64,000 nt of DNA, from assembly GCF_009834535.1 (NCBI RefSeq), contig NC_045696.1, positions 63,800,001-63,864,000 of the forward strand. The letters are read 5' to 3'. The notes under the pieces are model-generated. The model was not told the origin of the DNA. It worked only from the letters and a program-made list of their open reading frames with translations, and searched no databases. A program made the translations under genes and the position numbers. Source of the stretch: Camelus ferus. Its lineage: Eukaryota. Shown in pieces: positions 50,304-61,500 of the stretch. Numbering within the stretch: the first letter of the stretch is position 1; every line of letters starts with the position of its first letter.

Positions 50304-52520
50304 AGTGCAAAGCTTTAATCTCTTAGAAATTACTGTGTACCCCAAAGTTTTTGTTTACATGGGTTTATGCCTATTGATCTTTAATGTTTGATATAATACT
50401 TGATATTATTTTAATATTGATAAATTAGAAATGGATATTTCTAATAAATTAGAAATTGAAACTGAGAAATATTCAAAATATTTACTCAATTAATTTTTTA
50501 AAATAAAATGGTTTCATGTTAACATAAGTTACATCTCTAATGAAAAACAAAAGAATCTAGCAACAAGAGTAACTTTTTAGAATGGCCATCATTAAAAAGT
50601 TCACAAACAATAAATGCTGGAGAGGGTGTGGATAAAAGGGAACCCTCCTACCCCGTGGGTGGGAATGTAATTCGGTGCAGCCACTATGGAGGACGCTATG
50701 GCGATCCCTTAAAAAACTGAAAATAGAACTATGATATAACCTAGCAATCCAACTCTTCGGCATGTATCTGGAGAAAACTCTTAATTTGAAAAGATACGTG
50801 TGCACCCCAGTGTTCATAGCAGCACTATTTACAATAGCCAAGATGTGGAAGCAACCCAAGTGCTCAGCAACAGATAAAGAGGTGGTAAATACATATATAC
50901 ACACACAATGGTATACTACTCAGCCATTAAAAAGAATGAAATATTGCCATTTGCAGCAACATGGATGGACCTAGAGATTATCATACTAAGTGAAGTAAGT
51001 CAGACAAAGACAAATATCATCTGATATCACTTATTTGTGGAATCTTAAAAAATGATACAAATGAACTTATTTACAAAACAGAGACTCAGATACAGAAAAC
51101 AAACTTATGGTTACCAAAGAGGAAAAGAGGGGGCGGGATAAATTAGGAATTTGGGATTAATAGATAAAAGCTACCATATATAAAATAGATAAATAAGATC
51201 CTACTGTATAGCATAAGGAGCTACATCCACTATCTTATAATTACCTATAATGAAAAAGAATATGAAAAATAATATATATATAACTGAATCACTATGCTGT
51301 ACACCAGAAACTAACACAACGTTGTAGATTAACTATATGTCATTTTTAAAAAGTAGCTTTTAAAAAAATTTTTTGCAATTCTCTTTAATGTCTGGCTAGA
51401 CAGAAGATAAACAGATTCTTATACCTTTTTCTATATTCAATTTGTTGCAATATGTTGTTTTGGTTGAAGGAGATGAAGACAAGCTGGCCTCATGCAGTGA
51501 TGGGATGAGAAAAGAAGAAAGGATGAGGCTTTCCAGGGGATAGCACATCTCCTCTGACACTAAACCAACGCCTGATGTGCCAATGAGCACATACTCTCTG
51601 ACATGAAATTCCTCAATCTACCTCCTGCTTAGAGAGGACCTTTCCCCAGGCCTGATTTGTTCCCGTCATGCACTTAGCCATCCAGAAAATATTGGTTTCC
51701 TTGGGTATGCAGATCTTCCAACTGACATCTTTTTACAATATCAAAAAAATCTCATTCATAAATACCGTCCTCCACCTCATCAGAAGAATACGGAGATGTT
51801 GTCAAGCTCGTTATGTTTTTCCAAATGCTCATTCTTGCTTAAAGGTGTAAGTTTCACCATGGGCAACCAGCACTACAGAGGCGTCTTCCTGGAAGTGGCA
51901 GGGTCACTCCTACTTTGCAGAAAACGTCTGCCTCGTGAGTCAGTTTGAATGACTGTAGTTTATTAGTCATTCTGTTAAGCAAAATGGTGTTCCTTGAAAA
52001 AAAAAATTAGAGTTTAGGACAGAAATCAAATAATGGCACAAGTGCTTTCCCTCAAGATGACCATCATATTTTGGGTGATAAAGGAATTTCTGTGATCCTC
52101 CTAATTTGTCACACAGACTATTTAAAGACATGTACTTAAGGGTTGAGATTTAATAAAAATTCAAAATCAGTAAATTACATTAATAATATAGCAATACAAA
52201 TTAATAAAATAAGTGAATCATTTTTATTGTTTCATCCAGCCATTCTTTGAGTAAAACTAGCTTTGTGGTTTGTTTGTCTGTCTGTTTGAAGCTGTGGTGC
52301 GTGGTGGTGGAAACGGCCCAGTGCCCATTAGGACAGGTGCTGTCGCTGCCTTGATGCACACTCAGCGGTGTTACCTACTGCTGCCTTTGCAGAGCTGGTG
52401 AATGTCAACATAGTGAGACGGGGAAATAAAATATTGGTGCTGTTATAAAATCGTGTTTTATGATCGCCCTGTGACCACTGAAAGGGTCTGGGGTACACGG
52501 ACCACCCTTATCAATTGCTG
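50304..52520 (-). mobile_element. Charlie1a-like hAT DNA transposon (non-autonomous), split by an L1 insertion
   Basis: Minus-strand start cagcaattg...gtggtccgtgtaccccagaccctttcag...tgttgacattc; internal ccagacattaaagagaattgcaaaa; end cccatgtaaacaaaaactttggggtac. Confidence 0.8.
50578..51348 (+). mobile_element. Cetartiodactyl-type L1 3' end (ORF2 C-terminus plus 3' UTR)
   Basis: [21 protein letters not shown] peptide; 3' UTR as at 5320; degenerate TSD aagagtaactttt (50565-50577) / aaaagtagctttt (51349-51361). Confidence 0.9.
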
Positions 52521-52756
52521 GTGTGAGGAAGACTTGGCATCTAAGACAGAAGTTACTCAGGAGAGACCCTCCAGGGTCCAAAAATGAAAAGCTGAGGATT
52601 TCCCCCTGAAAGTGTTTTCTATTTTGAGTACAGCTCTGAGAGCTACAGGACTTAGAAATGCATCCTGTGCTGCAGAGATAAGTGTTTCAGAAATTTAGTG
52701 CTAGAATCAAATTATTCGATTAAGGATGGCTAAATGCTTAAGATGAACAAGTAACT

Positions 52757-52897
52757 GGGGGGAGGGTATAGCTCAGTGGTAGAATGTGTGCTTACCATGC
52801 ACGAGGCCCTGGTGTCAATCCTCAGTACCTCCATTTAAACCAATAAATAAATAAACCTAATTACCTTCCCCCCAAAACAAAACAAAACAAATAAACC
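52757..52897 (+). mobile_element. Camelid Vic-1-type SINE
   Basis: ggggagggtatagctcagtggtagaatgtgtgcttaccatgcacgaggccctgg...aaataaacctaattacc, (caaaa)n tail. Confidence 0.9.
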
Positions 52898-53344
52898 AAT
52901 AACAATATTACTCATTTCATCACATTGGCTATCTTATCTACCATACTTATTATTTTAAAGGCTCAATGAGATGATAGCTCTGAAAGCAATATGCCAGTTC
53001 AGGGCAGTATTATTTAGACAAGGCAGTTTTATGTAAAAATGGAACCAAAGCTTTTACAAGTGGCAGCGTTAGAAGGACCTCTAGTGAACATCCAATCAAA
53101 CCTTCTTATTTTATCAATGAGGAAACTAAAGACGCAATGGGTTTTCCAAATTATAGTAAACCCTGGTTATAGGTCCAGTTTTTTGCCAATTGGAGTGAAA
53201 AGTTAAGTACTTACATTATATAGCAAATGAAAAAAGAGATCACACTCATATACTCACGAACACACAAACTTGAGTAAACAGAGAGTAGTAAACATTAATA
53301 CTTAACTCAGTGTCTATATACTTTATGTTTTATAGACATGAACA

Positions 53345-54560
53345 ACTCACTCATTTAAACAGTTTTTCAGTATTTGTTATGTGCCAGATGCTGTGTGAAG
53401 TGCTGGGCATAAGAAGATCTAGAACACTTAGTGCCTGGCCCCTAAAGACCTCTCCGTCTCGGGAAGGCACGTGTGAGTAAGTCAGCAGTCCCAGGGCTCC
53501 GTGCTGTGTCAGGACAGGCATATGCGTGGGGCACTAATGAAAACACAGCTAGCTCAGGGGGGAGTCGGGGGAGGAAGGATGGAAGGGGTCCCGGAAGTTT
53601 CCCAGAGGAGGTGATGCAGGATCAGGGTCCCCTCAGGTGGGTGAGGGTTATCAGGACAAGGAGGACATTGCAGATGGAAGGGTGTGTGTGTGGGAAGGCG
53701 GAGTGACTGAGCAGGTCTGTGGCTCTAGATACGGATGTGGGATGGGGGGATGTGGGAGTTGCTGTTGGAGAACTGGGCAGACCCCATACCCTGAGGGGCT
53801 ATGGGCTAAAGGTTCTGAACTTTACCTGAAACTTATCTGGAGACAGTTTTAATCAAATGATCACATTCTTTCTGGCAAGAGGATGGAGGATGCATAAGAG
53901 AGAACTGAAAGTGAAGGCGTGTGGTGGTAACGGAGGTGAGCTGTGTGACCATCTGAGGTGTGCAGAGACAGGAGGAGGGGAAGAGATAGAAAAATAAAAA
54001 TTGTAAAAAGTGGGGGCAGGAAGAAGGTAGGTCAGTAGTAGAGCACATGCTTAGCATGCACGAGGTCCTGGGTTCAATCCCCAATACCTCTATTAAAAAG
54101 TAAATAAATAAATAAACCCAATTACCTCCTCCCACAAAAAAACAAAACAAAACAAAAAGAAACTTAAAAAAGGAACTGTAGAAATTGGTGATTGGTTTGT
54201 TGTTGGTGTCCGGGACTGGGAGAGTCCCAGGCGTCCTGTCCAGTGTAGCTGCCGCTGTGCCTGCCACCAAGATAGTGAAATCTGGGGACTGGGATGGTTT
54301 AATGGAGAAAGGGCTGCATTTTGGACAGTTTGAGTGTCAGATGTCTGGACATCTGGGGGCCATGTAAGTAGGCAGCTGGAGCTGGGGTCGGGGGCATGGG
54401 GAGAGGAACAGGATGGGGCTGGAGTGTTGAGAGTCACAAGCAGATGTGGCTGGAGGTCGACCAGCCAGGTGGAATGTAAGACTGAGAAAAGTGATGCCAA
54501 GTGACTTTTCCAGGAAAGGCCCACCCTCGGGAAGGTCAGCAGATAGTACTGAAAATCAGC
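53345..54560 (-). mobile_element. L2 LINE region, interrupted by a SINE
   Basis: ctcactcatttaaacag...tatgtgccagatgctgtgtgaagtgctggg; ttttggacagtttgagtgtcagatgtct. Confidence 0.65.
54012..54170 (+). mobile_element. Camelid Vic-1-type SINE
   Basis: gtagagcacatgcttagcatgcacgaggtcctgggttcaatccccaatacctc...aaataaacccaattacctcc, A-rich tail. Confidence 0.9.
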
Positions 54561-55574
54561 AGCCACTTTGTTATTAGAAGGAAAACCAGGAGAAAGTACA
54601 GAAGTCAAAGAAGTAAGAGCTTACAGAGAGAGAGAGAGAAGCAATGTCACAAAGTATTAAATGGCCTTAATGGATCAAGCAAATTAAGTATAGAAGCATT
54701 CGGGGCCACTGGCGGCCTGGGGGTCACGGGGGCCTCAGTGAGCGGCAGTGGTGGAGACAGCGACAATGTGGAGGACGGGGGCCCAGCTGATAAAGAAAGT
54801 GCCGGCTTGGAGTGAGCTGGAGAATGGGACCCTCTCTCTTCCAAGGAGCTTGGCTGAGAATAAAGGAAAGACGGTGCGTAGTTCACAGATACATAAAGTT
54901 TACTGAAGATACCAATTTATTTTTAGATCCTGAGTTTCAAGGGCATTTTAAAAGTTCATTTGCCTTATTTCCAGATAACTATACCCAGAGTATCCAGAAG
55001 ACAGTAAGTTAAACTGGTGGTATAAAATGAGAACAAAGGAAAACCCATTTAAATTAGACAACTGTAAAAATAGCTAATGCAAACAACCATACCGAATGGC
55101 CTGGTAGCAGGGCTACTGGGACAGAGGGAGCCAGCCCCCTTTGCTGCCTGCCATGGACATGACTGTACTCTGCCCTCTCAGGCAGGCAGTCTATAATCTC
55201 TTCAAAAACCACCTTGGTTTCAGGCCTTGGCCCTCCCCTCTGCTAGTGCATATTAAGCTCTTGAGCCTCCTGCCCCCCGCCCCGGCAGCAGGGGCAGCTT
55301 CATGAGCCGTCTCCTTGGCAGTCAGGGGCATCCCAAGACGGGGCTGCCTGATTCCCAAGGACTTGAGTGTGGTGAGGTGCTCCAGTGAGCCCTAGAAATA
55401 GAAAAATGTTCTATTTGCAAACATTCCCCACCAAGCAGGGACTCTTATCTACAGCTCCCAAATGCCTGCCTTCTGAGCTCACAGCCTCTCCGACTTCTCC
55501 GACATCCTTTGCCAACAGCAGCTTCTTCCCCAGGCTTCCCACTGAGCAATGCTGGCGGTTTCTAGTGAAGATTT

Positions 55575-55835
55575 GCGGCACAGTGCACAGTGGTTAAGTG
55601 CACAGTCTAGGAGCCAGCTTGCCAGGGTGGAAATCCCGACTTGGCCACTTATGAGCTAAGCAAACTCTGACAACTAGAGCAACTCAGAAGCTCCATTTTT
55701 TCATCTGTAAAAGGGGAAAATAGCATCACCTATCGCTCAGGACTATGGAAACCAGCAGCATTCATACAGGTTACATAAACTTACAATAGTGCCTGAGACA
55801 TAGTAAGCGCTCAGTAAACGTTAGTATCATTATTT
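55575..55835 (+). mobile_element. MIR SINE, near full length
   Basis: cacagtggttaagtgcacag...tttttcatctgtaaaaggg...cttacaatagtgcctgagacatagtaagcgctcagtaaacgttag. Confidence 0.85.
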
Positions 55836-56604
55836 AGAAGGATTTAGGCGAGGAACATCTTTTGTAGCCAGATTGGAGGCAAATATGATGCTTTTCACTT
55901 AGAAGAGAATGTAATGTGGAAAACGTCCTGACTTAGTTGAATCAGGACACGTTTTCCCTTGGTTTCAGGAGAACATTTTTAGATGCCAAGTTTAATCAGT
56001 GACAGAAGCTTTAGGCTATCTGGGCTGGCAGAGACCTTTGGGACCATCCTGGAGGAGGAAGTGGCTCTAATAAGGTCACTTACCACGTGGGCACAGAGTG
56101 TGATTACAAGCACGCTTCTTTGGCTTCACAGCCTGTGCTCTGCCTTTGCTGTTCTGCTTAATAAATGCACAGGTTCACACCCTGAATGTGTGTGCTTGTC
56201 ACGACCTTCCCCTTCTCAACAGCGGCCTTCTTCCTGGTAGAATTTCTCCAAGTAAAATTCTTTTTCTGGAACCAGAGATGAACTCTTGGTTACAAATCCA
56301 GGATGAACAGGCATGCACGCATGCACAAACACGAGCACGCTTGAGTGTGGTAGACAACAGACCCTCTCTTGTGATAAAGCACCCTTTAGTGAGATGATTT
56401 TATTCCAGCTGTGCGACTAATATAAATTACCGAAACTCTGGGCTATCTCCTTCTCAGTAAACCTTAAAAATGAATGTGCTCTTAATACTCTGAATTCACT
56501 TAAACTGTGAAAAACTTGGCATGCCAAGCGTCATTTTCCTCACCTGAGGTTCACCAGTGTGAGTTTCAGAACTTGAAAAAGTTGGCTGTTTAGAACCAAA
56601 GGCT

Positions 56605-56610
56605 TTTATT
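56605..56610 (-). terminator. Candidate polyadenylation signal AATAAA (second candidate at 56399-56404)
   Basis: TTTATT on + strand, in repeat-free sequence downstream of a candidate minus-strand terminal exon. Confidence 0.25.
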
Positions 56611-57190
56611 TATAAGTATGTGCATCTTATTCAATCAGGGTTTTCCCATGACTTGCCCATCGATGGTGCTGGAAGCGGTGCATCCAATTCTCCCTTTGTG
56701 AACATACACGTTTTGCGAAGCAGCTCACAGCATGAACAGGAGCCACCATCTCAGGAGAGTTGAGGAGGTGAGGGAAGGGGCTGTGAGCGCACCGTCAGCC
56801 CATTCCATACCTGCCCCTTTTCCAGGCTCTGTACTCAGACCTACCTGGGATCCTAGAAAGACTTGGCCAACGAGCCAGCCTTGGGCCTTCAGGCAGCCTC
56901 TCTGAGCCAGAGTTGACCTGCAGGTGCACAGTGATGATGCCTGCCTTCGGAAGCTATAAGAATAAGTAAGGTAATAGAAAGTGCCTGCAATACAGTTGGC
57001 ATGTAATAAATGAGCTCTTCCCTTCAGTCCAGCCTCATCATAAATGACGCTCTCTCTATGCATCTAAACCAAGCTAAAAATCTATGCATCTCTAAGAATG
57101 ACCAGAAATCATATTATTTTCACAAGACCTAGTAGTATTGTCACTCAAATCCACTGAGGCCAGAAGTGAACAGAAAGTTGCAGTTTAAAT

Positions 57191-57345
57191 CAGAGGTTTC
57201 AAATGGCCTGGGTGGGCAGCACGTTGTAGATATTTCTGTCTGACTCACACAGTCTAAGATTCTTAACATTAGCTGCCGACATTTAAAAAGAGGCAGGTTT
57301 CACGTGACTCTCCAGATCCCTTACTTCTTTTACAAAAACTCCTGG
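57191..57345 (+). mobile_element. MER102-like hAT fragment
   Basis: cagaggtttcaaatggc...cacacagt...attagctgccgacatttaaaaa...tttcacgtg. Confidence 0.55.
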
Positions 57346-58100
57346 CTTTGGAGCCCTTCGGTTTATGGCCCCTGATTTAATTCTTCATGGAACAGAAACA
57401 GTACCAGCCTAGGAGTCAGGAGGCAAGGGCTCTAGTTCTGTTGAACGAATTGAGCAAATTGCTTCTTCTCTCTGGGCCTCGTTTCTTTTCTTTTTTTCTT
57501 TTTTTGCCAAACAAGAGCTCTTGTGGTTCTAAAACTGTAATTCACTTTCCAGATAAGCACAGTAAGTCCGAGGGTAAAAAAATGATGTAACTCCTCCAGG
57601 AACCACGCTGTACTCTGTGCAGTTAGCCAGGTGGTAGAAGGTTTTAAAAACATTTCAGAGTGTGTATACATCACTGGTTACACAAAAGATTATCCAAACT
57701 CGAGGCATCAGTATAAAAGCCATGGTAGCTCAGAAAGAGGAAGCTGTTTTTTAAAGGAAGGAGTGCCCCGTCTCGTCCGCGTGGGAAGATGGACGCTGCC
57801 CAGGACCAGATGCTCAACAGGCAGACAGGCCGCATATCCATCTGCTCTGGAAGTTTCCCTATTTCCACATTCTCATCTTGTAGTTTTGAGGTTGAGCATG
57901 CCACGCCTCAGCCGTGGAGGCTTTCTGCTCGGGTGGCTTCAGACAAAGTTACCATTAACTCCCCAACCTGCAAGAAAATTATTTGACACAAAGGATTCCA
58001 AAATGTCCTCCTCTCCCCCTACAAGCCTGCAAACAAATGGTACAGGAATGAGGTCAGAAAGGAATCCGCCGCGTACCGGCCCCTGAATTCATTTACCTAC

Positions 58101-58586
58101 CTCAGAGCCCATTCAGAGGGAGGGGTGGGCCCGGGAACAAGAGCCCCTCGGAGGCCAAGCGGAGTTTGGGGGTCGAGCAGCCACATTACAAGACCTGACA
58201 GGCCTTTGCCAGCCTTCAGCTTCTTTGTGTCTCTCACATAATAGAGAAACACAAACTGAGCAGCACACGATCTGTGGTTACACCCTCGGACAGAGCACAC
58301 TCTTTGCAAATGCTAATAGTATTGTAGCATCCTGTCACCCGGGAACACAAAAAAGGATGTTGATTTTCACATGAACCAGAACAGGCCCATTGTACACAAG
58401 TTTGTGACCAACTTGTAGTATCTGCACATCAAAAGCCCAGCCAATTGTAGGGTACACAGCTGGCGAACCACACCGACGGGGCGCCTGTCCCAGAGAACCA
58501 GATCCCAATACCTCATCCACCGCTGTGCAGTGACAAAACAGTACTTTTGACATGAATGGGCCCATGGTCTCGCGATCCTGCTTCAG
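58101..58586 (-). other. Putative late exon of an unidentified minus-strand gene
   Basis: Branch-like cactaat plus gctctggtcatag| acceptor (58587/58586); donor GAG|gtaggt (58101/58100); next acceptor ttttcttgcag|G at 57968/57967. Confidence 0.3.
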
Positions 58587-61500
58587 CTATGACCAGAGCA
58601 ATTAGTGTAATTCGCAAGAATGTAAATGTTGCAGATATTTAGAAAGAGAAATCTGAATGTATGAAAATGGGAGTGGCTAAGTGCTCCCACTGAGAGCCTC
58701 CAACACAGTAGACGCAGCAAAGGGCAGGGATGTTCAACCAGGTGCTCATACTAGAGGGGATCTGACACGTGAAAAGAGAAACTCCTGAGAATGTTGGCAG
58801 GGAAGTGCTGTCTATTTCCATTCTAACGGTCCTGGGACAGGAGAAACTCTCAGGGCAAGAAAATGGAAGAATATGATATTCCTGAAACTCAACTTCAGTC
58901 GAAATTATAAAGGCTTCTGCTAATAGCTTTCCTTTCAAGTGTTAAATTTATTAGAAACAAAAAGGCAGTCAAAATTTGGGAAAATTAAATATTCAGTCAA
59001 GGTTTTGAAAACTAGGGTAAAAATAATAATGTATCTTAACAGTTGGGGTAACTCAGAAAGAGTCAGAGAAACTTAATAGGTAAAAAGGGGAAATTAACAT
59101 GATTAACATGCTGAAAAGTTGCAGAGGACTCATTTTTACTCCTAAGACTTACAGCCCGGATAGACATGAGATTAGACCCCCCAGTCTCCGTATGGCCTTG
59201 CCCCACAGGACCCTGTAGGGAACCACACCTCTACTGGTTCCTCCACCCTGGTGATGCAACAACAGCCTTTATATATAGCGAGGGAAAACCATCCTGGGCC
59301 ATTTCCGTAAAGTTAGCTCAAACTACACTTTCTAGGTGTATCAGTGCCCTAATATACTCAATCTTATAAATAGGCTCATTTTCTTCAAAGTATTTTTGAG
59401 AGAGCGTATTTTGGAAAGTGCATAGGTTTATAACCAGATTTGTTTTCAAATTTAGACGTTGCTGTTCACGCCAATGACCTTGGTTACTTCAAACTTCTCT
59501 GAGCCTATTTCCTAATCTATAAAATGGAACTGCTACTGCCTGTGATAATGAATGCATGACACAAGCCATAGTGATTCCTTTGCTCTAAATTTGAGTTCTT
59601 TTCTTCAAAATTTTAAGGGAAGTCAAAAAGTTTTCATAGGATCACTCCTTGGCAAGATAGGATACTGACCATTAAAAAGGCTTCAGGGGGGTTTCTAGAT
59701 AGATTCCCCAAAAGCTCATGGCCAGTGACAGTGCACTTCTTTGCTGTGTTCTCAGTGCCGCTAAGACCTTTATACAAGCCCTCAGTTAGGGTGGTACCAC
59801 CCCTGCAAGGGCCGCAGACTGCGCGTCTATGCATCTCCTCTCCCAACACACATCGGGCATCTCCTCCTGCTAGTGTCGCTCATGGCAGCGGGGAGGCAGG
59901 TGTGTGCTGCGTTCTTAAGGCATAGGTAAGGTGACTTCTGGTTTCACTATCTAGAAATTGAGTGTAGAAAAAAATTATATATATATTTAGCATACAAAGG
60001 GATTGGCTGTGTACCACTTGGAGCGTCATTGACTGCAAGTGTGAGAATTTTTGATTTAAGCCCTCCAGCAAACACATTTCTTTACAGAGAAACAGTAAGT
60101 ATTGCATTTTGTTAATGATGCATGACTATTTCTGTGTTAAGATGGATGGAAAAGATTGAAAACAAAAATAGAACACAAACTAAGGGAGCAGAGAAATGAA
60201 TAGGCTCATTCCTTAAGGGATAAATTAATTTCAGCATTAATTTATCCCTGGCAGCTGATGCAAACAAACAGTTGACGTCTTGAGCTCTCTGACAGAAGGG
60301 AAGCACCGGGAAACTTTGCTGGTGCTGAATTATCCAGTAATCCTTACTTTAATGAACTCAAGTGACTAGAGAGATATGTCATTAGATTTTACCTTTGCAA
60401 AAAAGATACTGTGTATTTTCTTCAAATAGGTGCATCACATCATATTTGTCTGTGAAAGCTAAGGGCATTTTAGATAAATTAAGAAGTGGATAAAAGTAAG
60501 TAGTCCCAGCAGTACTGCTTTCTGATGATTTGGCCCAATTCCCAGAAAAACTTCAGCAAAGCAAGAAGATGGAGTTAACTTATTCCCCACATACTTTCTT
60601 ACAAATGTTAGAGGCCTCACAAACTTTTGGCCAAGTGTTAGATCATGACCATATTATTTGATAAGTAGATACAATTCTAAGTTAAAACCCCATGTTGTTG
60701 CTACGATTTAGTTTCTCCAAGAGTAAGGAGCAGAACGGACAATTCTTTGAACTCTAAGCAGCGTCACTAGTCGTCTTCACACAACTGTACGCCATGCCTC
60801 GGTGGAGGCTTGCTGGCAATGTCACTGCATGTTGACTGGGTGGGCTTCAGGGGGGCCTCCGGCCTACTTTTTTTGTTTTTTTTTTAAATGACTTTTTGCA
60901 TTCCCTCAAATAATCGGATGGGGACCAGCCTACACCTGGGTTATTTAATTAAAGACAAAACAAAACCAATAATGAAGGGACAACTGATTTAAAACCATTT
61001 AAAAGCTGTAGTTACCCCCTCGTCAATGACTTGATCCCAAATGAACCTTAACACTGCTCTTACAGAATGTGAATAAAGCTCACAAGACTTTCAGAGGGTG
61101 ATCATATACGCTCCCCCATTTTACACTCTCATTTTAAAATACACATTTAATCCAGTGCCTTACAATGCACGTTTTTCTTACCCTTATTTTATAAAATTTT
61201 CTTCTTTGGGCTGAAGATCACTCACATTTAAACTTTCCTGGCACTATCCTGCTTTTTCATCTTTGACAATTTTTGTAGAACCTGTCTTAATTTTTCTACA
61301 TCTATCAACTTAGTCTGAGATGTGCAGAAATTATGACTTAGTTATCACAAATTGGGTATTTTATTGTTTAAATTTTATTTAAACAATAATTATTTTAAAA
61401 CACGTTTTGTAATATAATTATACATCTGATTATTTACAAGCACATGGTAGCTACCTCACTTTGACAAAGATACTACTTCATCATTTGAAAATATTAGAAG

